DNA from: Squalus acanthias
Taxonomy: Eukaryota
Direction of reading: 5' to 3'
Assembly (NCBI GenBank): GCA_030390025.1
Contig: CM059432.1
Coordinates: 98,458,001 to 98,522,000, forward strand
DNA length: 64,000 nucleotides
Positions 59,326 to 64,000 of this stretch are shown here, piece by piece. Numbering within the stretch: position 1 is the stretch's first letter; the number at the start of each line of letters is the position of its first letter. The translations under genes and the position numbers were made by a program. The notes below the pieces were generated by a model. The model was not told where the DNA came from. It made no database searches and saw nothing but the letters and a program-made list of their open reading frames with translations.

Positions 59326-62300
59326 GGGGGGCGATTTTCCGAGTGGAGGCGGCTTTGATGTTCGCCGGGTTCCGGTCCCGCTGCCAGTTTAATCCACCCT
59401 GAAATTACGATTTTTGCTTAAGTGGGCTGATTAAGCCCATCGTGCACGCTACCCGGCCCAATCAGTGGGTTCAGGTCTGCTGCTCGCCTCTGCTGACGTC
59501 TTTCAGCCAGCTGCATTTAAGGGGCCCATGCAGCCTTGTTTTTGATCAATCCTATTCTGCTGCTTCTCGGTGTGGCACATCTGAAAATGACTGCTTCAAG
59601 ACCAAAGGCATCTCCCAGATTCGATGATGACTCCCTCCATGGTCTTGTGAAGGGAGTGAGAGGGCGCCAAAAGCTACTGTTCCCCTCAAATGGACGGAGG
59701 AAGCCTCCTCAGCAAACCAAAGCAGTGTGGCTGCAAATTGCTGAGGAGATGAGCGCCAGGTCTTTGTGTGGTCGCACCTGGATTCAGAGCAGGAAAAGGT
59801 TCAATGACTCGCTACACACAGCAAAAGTGAGTATAGCATCACACTTACCTTCAATTTGCTCCCCATCTCCTCTCATCTCCAGCACTCTGCATTGTCAACC
59901 TACTCCTGCACATCCCATTTAAACCTTACATCCCTTGCACCCTTAACCATCCCTCTCTCTCTATGTACAGAATCACTTCACCATTCTACTATGCACCCCT
60001 CACACTTGCTATCACTGTTATGCAATGACAACAACTAACAGCGCACAGGGAGGGCCCTTGGTCTTGGCACCTCACTCCATCTTTGTCTCCCTCTAAGCAT
60101 CTATGCTATGGATTCTCTACACTCACTCCATCATTCTCACTCCAACTCCACTTGTGTCCCTCATTGCAGGAAAAGAGAGCCCACAATAAGAGGGAGAGAG
60201 CAAGGACAGGAGGAGGGTTACCTCGATTGCCCACTTGACTACTGCTGAGGAGGCTGCTCTCGACATCGGCAGAGATGCTGAGGATCTGGAAGTGGGCAAC
60301 GGTCAGATGGGCGCTGGTGACAGAATAGATTTGCAGCCCTCTCATTTAGATTGCATGAGTGACTGATATGGCATCTGATGTTCATACAGATTGTGTTCTG
60401 ATCATCTGCACAATTCGATGTACCTGCTACGTTAATATCACATGTCTAACTCATGCCTTTACTCCCCCACAGGACCATCGAGAGTCCCCCTCCCCACTGT
60501 CCAGGAGGAAGAGCTGGAAGACTCAGAGGAAGCTGCAACCTCTGAGGGCGCAGTGTCAGCAGAATTGAGCGCACCCAGCACCAGCGCAGAGACGCACACC
60601 TCGGTGGGTCATTCGTGAGATAGACTATTGTTGTCACCTGGTGTATCACAGCTCACAAATGAGCATCAGCAGATGGTGGAGACAGGGACAGCAATGGAGA
60701 GTCCTCGTCAGAGGCCGCAGGGTGCTCCCAGCTCTGCTCAGCTGCATGTGGACCCTCTGGGGCCATCCAGAAAGAGAGCGGTGCTGGAACTTCAGCAACA
60801 AATGCAGGAGTCTCTGACAGGTTTTGCATCCACGGTAACTGCGAGTGTGCAGAGAATGGAGGAGTCCATCTCAAACATAAGCAATGCCATGGTGGAGGCA
60901 ATGGCGCATGAACGTGCCACCATGGAGAGGGTGGCAACCTCCTTGGAGGACATAAGTCGCCAGACTCAAATGAGCATGGTGACTCTTCTAAATAGATGGT
61001 CTGCTGTGAAGGATAGATTGGCAGCTATTGAGGAGAGACACCAGCGGTACATGGATGCCGCCGTTATGAGGACTGTCAGTGCAGAGATGTGTCTTCATGC
61101 CCCCACTGATGTGCAGCAAGGTGCTCTCCAGCTATTTGCTAGCAATGAAGTGCAAGCAACCCATGAGAGGGATGTAGGTGGTCGACAACAAGGAAGTGTG
61201 GGCTCCTCTCCAAGTGCTCACACTCCCATTCCACTGCGGAGCCCTCGGTCAGAGCCCCAGATTCCTCACCCAACTGAGATCGCCGTCTCAGCCCCTGCAC
61301 AGCCGCAGGAGGAGCAGACTGTTGCCGAGCCCTCCTAGGCTCCCAAACCCAGAGGACGACCGCCAAAGGTGTCGAAGCAGGAGCAGCATGAAATTGAGCA
61401 AGGTGCCTCCACATCTGCTGTAGCCACAGGGGAAGCACCACGTAGAAGCACGCGTAAGAGAAAGTTAACACACAAATAGTCACAAGGGTAGTCACTTGGG
61501 TGGTTTGATGTAATACAAATTGAAGATTATCATCGTCATTTCAATTGTAATAAAGAAATGCGATGGCAAACATTTAAAGAGTTGGCCTATGTGTGCCCAG
61601 AATTGGAAGTGTCACAGTGAGGTGTCAGGGTGCCTTTCATCTGTAATGATGGTGGTCAGAGTGATAGGAACCCACAGTTTATTGTACAGATGGTGTATGG
61701 TGTGTTAAGAAGGTGGCAGCCACATGTGTTTGCTTCGTAAACTTAAGCGAATCTGGCATGAATTAGTGCATCCCTTGTATCACGGCCAGCAATGTGCTCG
61801 CATGCTGGTGGAACTAGCACATCCGCCTCTGCAAGGTCTTCCTCCTCCTCGTCCTCTGAGGAGGCTGTGCGCTGAGCCACTTGTTCCTCAGGCAGCGGTA
61901 AGCCACGCTGCTGTGCGATGTTGTGCAGTGCACAGCAGACCACGATGATTCTGGAGCCCCTGGCTGGTGAGTACTGTAGGGGTCCACCTGATCTGTTGAG
62001 GCATCTGAATCGCATTTTGAGCAAGTCAATGGTTTGCTCGATGATGCCTCTGGTGGAAATGTGGCTCGCATTGTAGCGCTCCTCAGCTTCGTTTGATGGC
62101 CTCCTCATCGGCGTCATTAGCCACGTCTTCAGGGGATAGCCCTTGTCTCCAAGTAGCCATCCGGAAAGTTGGGTTGGCAGATTGAAGAGCTGAGGCACAG
62201 TAGACTGCCGCAGGATGAACGAGTCATGGCAACTGCCAGGGAACTTGGTGCAAACATGCATAATGTCCTTTCTGTGGTTACACACCAGCTGGATGTTAAG

Positions 62301-63451
62301 GGAGTGGAAGCCCTTGCGGTTCACAAATACAGCTTAGTTGTGATGGGTTGCCCTAATGGCCACATGTGTGCAGTCTATGATGCCCTACACCCTTGGCAAG
62401 CCTGCCATATTTGCAAAGCCAACCGCACGCGCGGTTACACTTGCTTCATCCATGGAGAAGTGGATGTAATTGTGCATCTTTGCAAAGAGGGCATCGGTAA
62501 CCTGCGTGATGTCTGCTGCTGATCCCTGGAAGGACTCTGAAGCAAAAAAATTGAGTGCGGTGGTGACTTTGACAGCCACTGGTAAGGAGTGTCCACCCAC
62601 TCCTCTGGGCTCCAGGTGTTGGTGCAGCATTGTGCAGATGTCAGCGACTACCTCTCGCGAAAGTCTCAGCCTCCTTTGGCACTGCTGCTCAGTCATGTTG
62701 AGGAAGCTCATCCTCTGCCTATAAACCCGGTGTTGGGGGTATCTCCTGTGGCGAGGTGCAGCCCTGCGCTGATGCCCTCTGCCCTGTGCAGCATCAGGTG
62801 GGTGAGGTTGACACTCCAGTTGTTGCTGATGCTGTTGTGCCTGGTTCTGTTGCTGCAGCTGCTCTTCCTCCAATTCTGAGGACCAGGATGAGAGGGTATA
62901 AATGGTTCCCATTCTACTGATATGTATGTCAGTTGAGTATTAGATGTTATAAGTGCTCAGGCAATGTGGGGAGAGGGTTTTCCAAGGAGGTCACAGTGTA
63001 TATGGATCTCAGCTTAAACACTTACAAGCTCAATAGACCTGCAAAAAGTGTTCCAACACCTCATGAAACAAAGTTCTGTCATCTGAAAGTCAGCCATGTT
63101 ACAGGTCCGCTTTTATGCTGCAGGTGCAGCTGTCAAGAATTCGCATAGTTGCTGAACACGGCACAATCAGCTGGCGTGTTTTGCGAACGGTGTGGAACAT
63201 GCTGGACATGTCCTAAAATGGGAAGAGCTGGCTAAAATCGGATTATGTAGGCAGTTAACAAGCTGTTAACTGCCTAAAGTGCCTCTCCCGCCGCTTGGTG
63301 GTGGGTCTGATTGGGACTCGCAGACCTGACACTTGGCAAAGTTGTGTGGAGGCGGGTTGACGGAGGGGTCGGAACCCGCCGTCAATCAAAACGAATTTAA
63401 CCTCTGACCCGCCTCTAAACCCGCCCTCTGAGCACTGGCAATACCGCGGCC
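59326..63451. mobile_element. Third, more divergent Harbinger transposon: Myb gene remnant (+, from 59587) and disrupted transposase (-, 61743-62912)
   Basis: KASPRFDDDSLHGLV...[32 protein letters not shown] and [16 protein letters not shown], with in-frame stops near 62335-62387. TIRs are imperfect and CR1 resumes at ~63452. Confidence 0.85.
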
Positions 63452-64000
63452 ATAGAATCTGCAAAGGGATATAGATAGACTAAGTGAGTGGGCAGAAAGG
63501 TGGCAGATGGAGTATAATGTAGGGAAATGTGAGGTTATTCACTTTGGTAGGAAGAATAGAAAAACAGAATATTTTTGAAATGGTGAGAAACTTTCATATT
63601 TTGGTGTTCAGAGAGATTTGGGTGTCCTCGTGCAAGAAACACAGAAAGCTAGCATGCAGGTACAGCAAGCAATAAGGAAGGCAAACGGCATGTTGGCCTT
63701 TATTGCAAGGGGGTTGGTGTATAAGAGTAAGGAAGTCTTGCTACAATTGTACAGGGCCTTGGTGAGACCACACCTGGAGTACTGTGCACAGTTTTGGTCT
63801 CCTTATCTAAGGAAGGATATACTTGCCTTGGAGGTGGTGCAACGAAGATTCACTAGATTGATTCCTGGGATGAGAGGGCTGTCCTATGATGAAAGATTGT
63901 GTAGAATGGGCCTATACTCTCTGGAGTTTAGAAGAATGAGAGGTGATCTCATTGAAACATACAAGATTCTGAAGGGGATTGACAGGGTAGATGAGAGGTT

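Larger units (their letters stand above)
50769..64000 (+). mobile_element. CR1-C: 5'-complete CR1 LINE (ORF1 from 51114, ORF2 from ~53100) interrupted by three DNA transposons; runs off the window
   Basis: ORF1 CRNC..CSKC zinc finger, leucine zipper and VHVGTND esterase. ORF2 endonuclease and RT ([16 protein letters not shown]). The sequence rejoins across each insertion. Confidence 0.92.

Overview
This is eukaryotic, repeat-dense vertebrate DNA. The CR1/L2/RTE/Penelope/Harbinger repertoire suggests a cartilaginous fish, but that is an inference. I found no convincing host gene and no rRNA, tRNA or CRISPR. The window is a stack of nested transposable elements. The highlight is a very young, structurally complete 9.5-kb provirus-like LTR element at 33289-42817. 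It has 1722-bp LTRs with one mismatch seen by eye, a 4-bp TSD (TTCC), a tRNA-Arg PBS and a short PPT, but no pol. It encodes an intact gag. A single UGA-CUAG codon plus a stem-loop joins gag in frame to a non-enzymatic ORF that occupies the pol position. The envelope is intact, resembles a class I (F-protein-type) fusogen, and carries an N-terminal immunoglobulin-like domain. A small TM ORF follows it. Two more diverged LTRs of the same lineage lie at <1-1627 and 14711-17754 (solo). They share the TATA, a splice donor inside R and a covarying U5 hairpin. The window also holds two near-intact sister Harbinger transposons with complementary single lesions, a third decayed Harbinger, Harbinger mosaics, many Harbinger-type MITEs, and a Penelope-type tail with a hammerhead-like motif. 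All calls were made by eye; no database searches were run.
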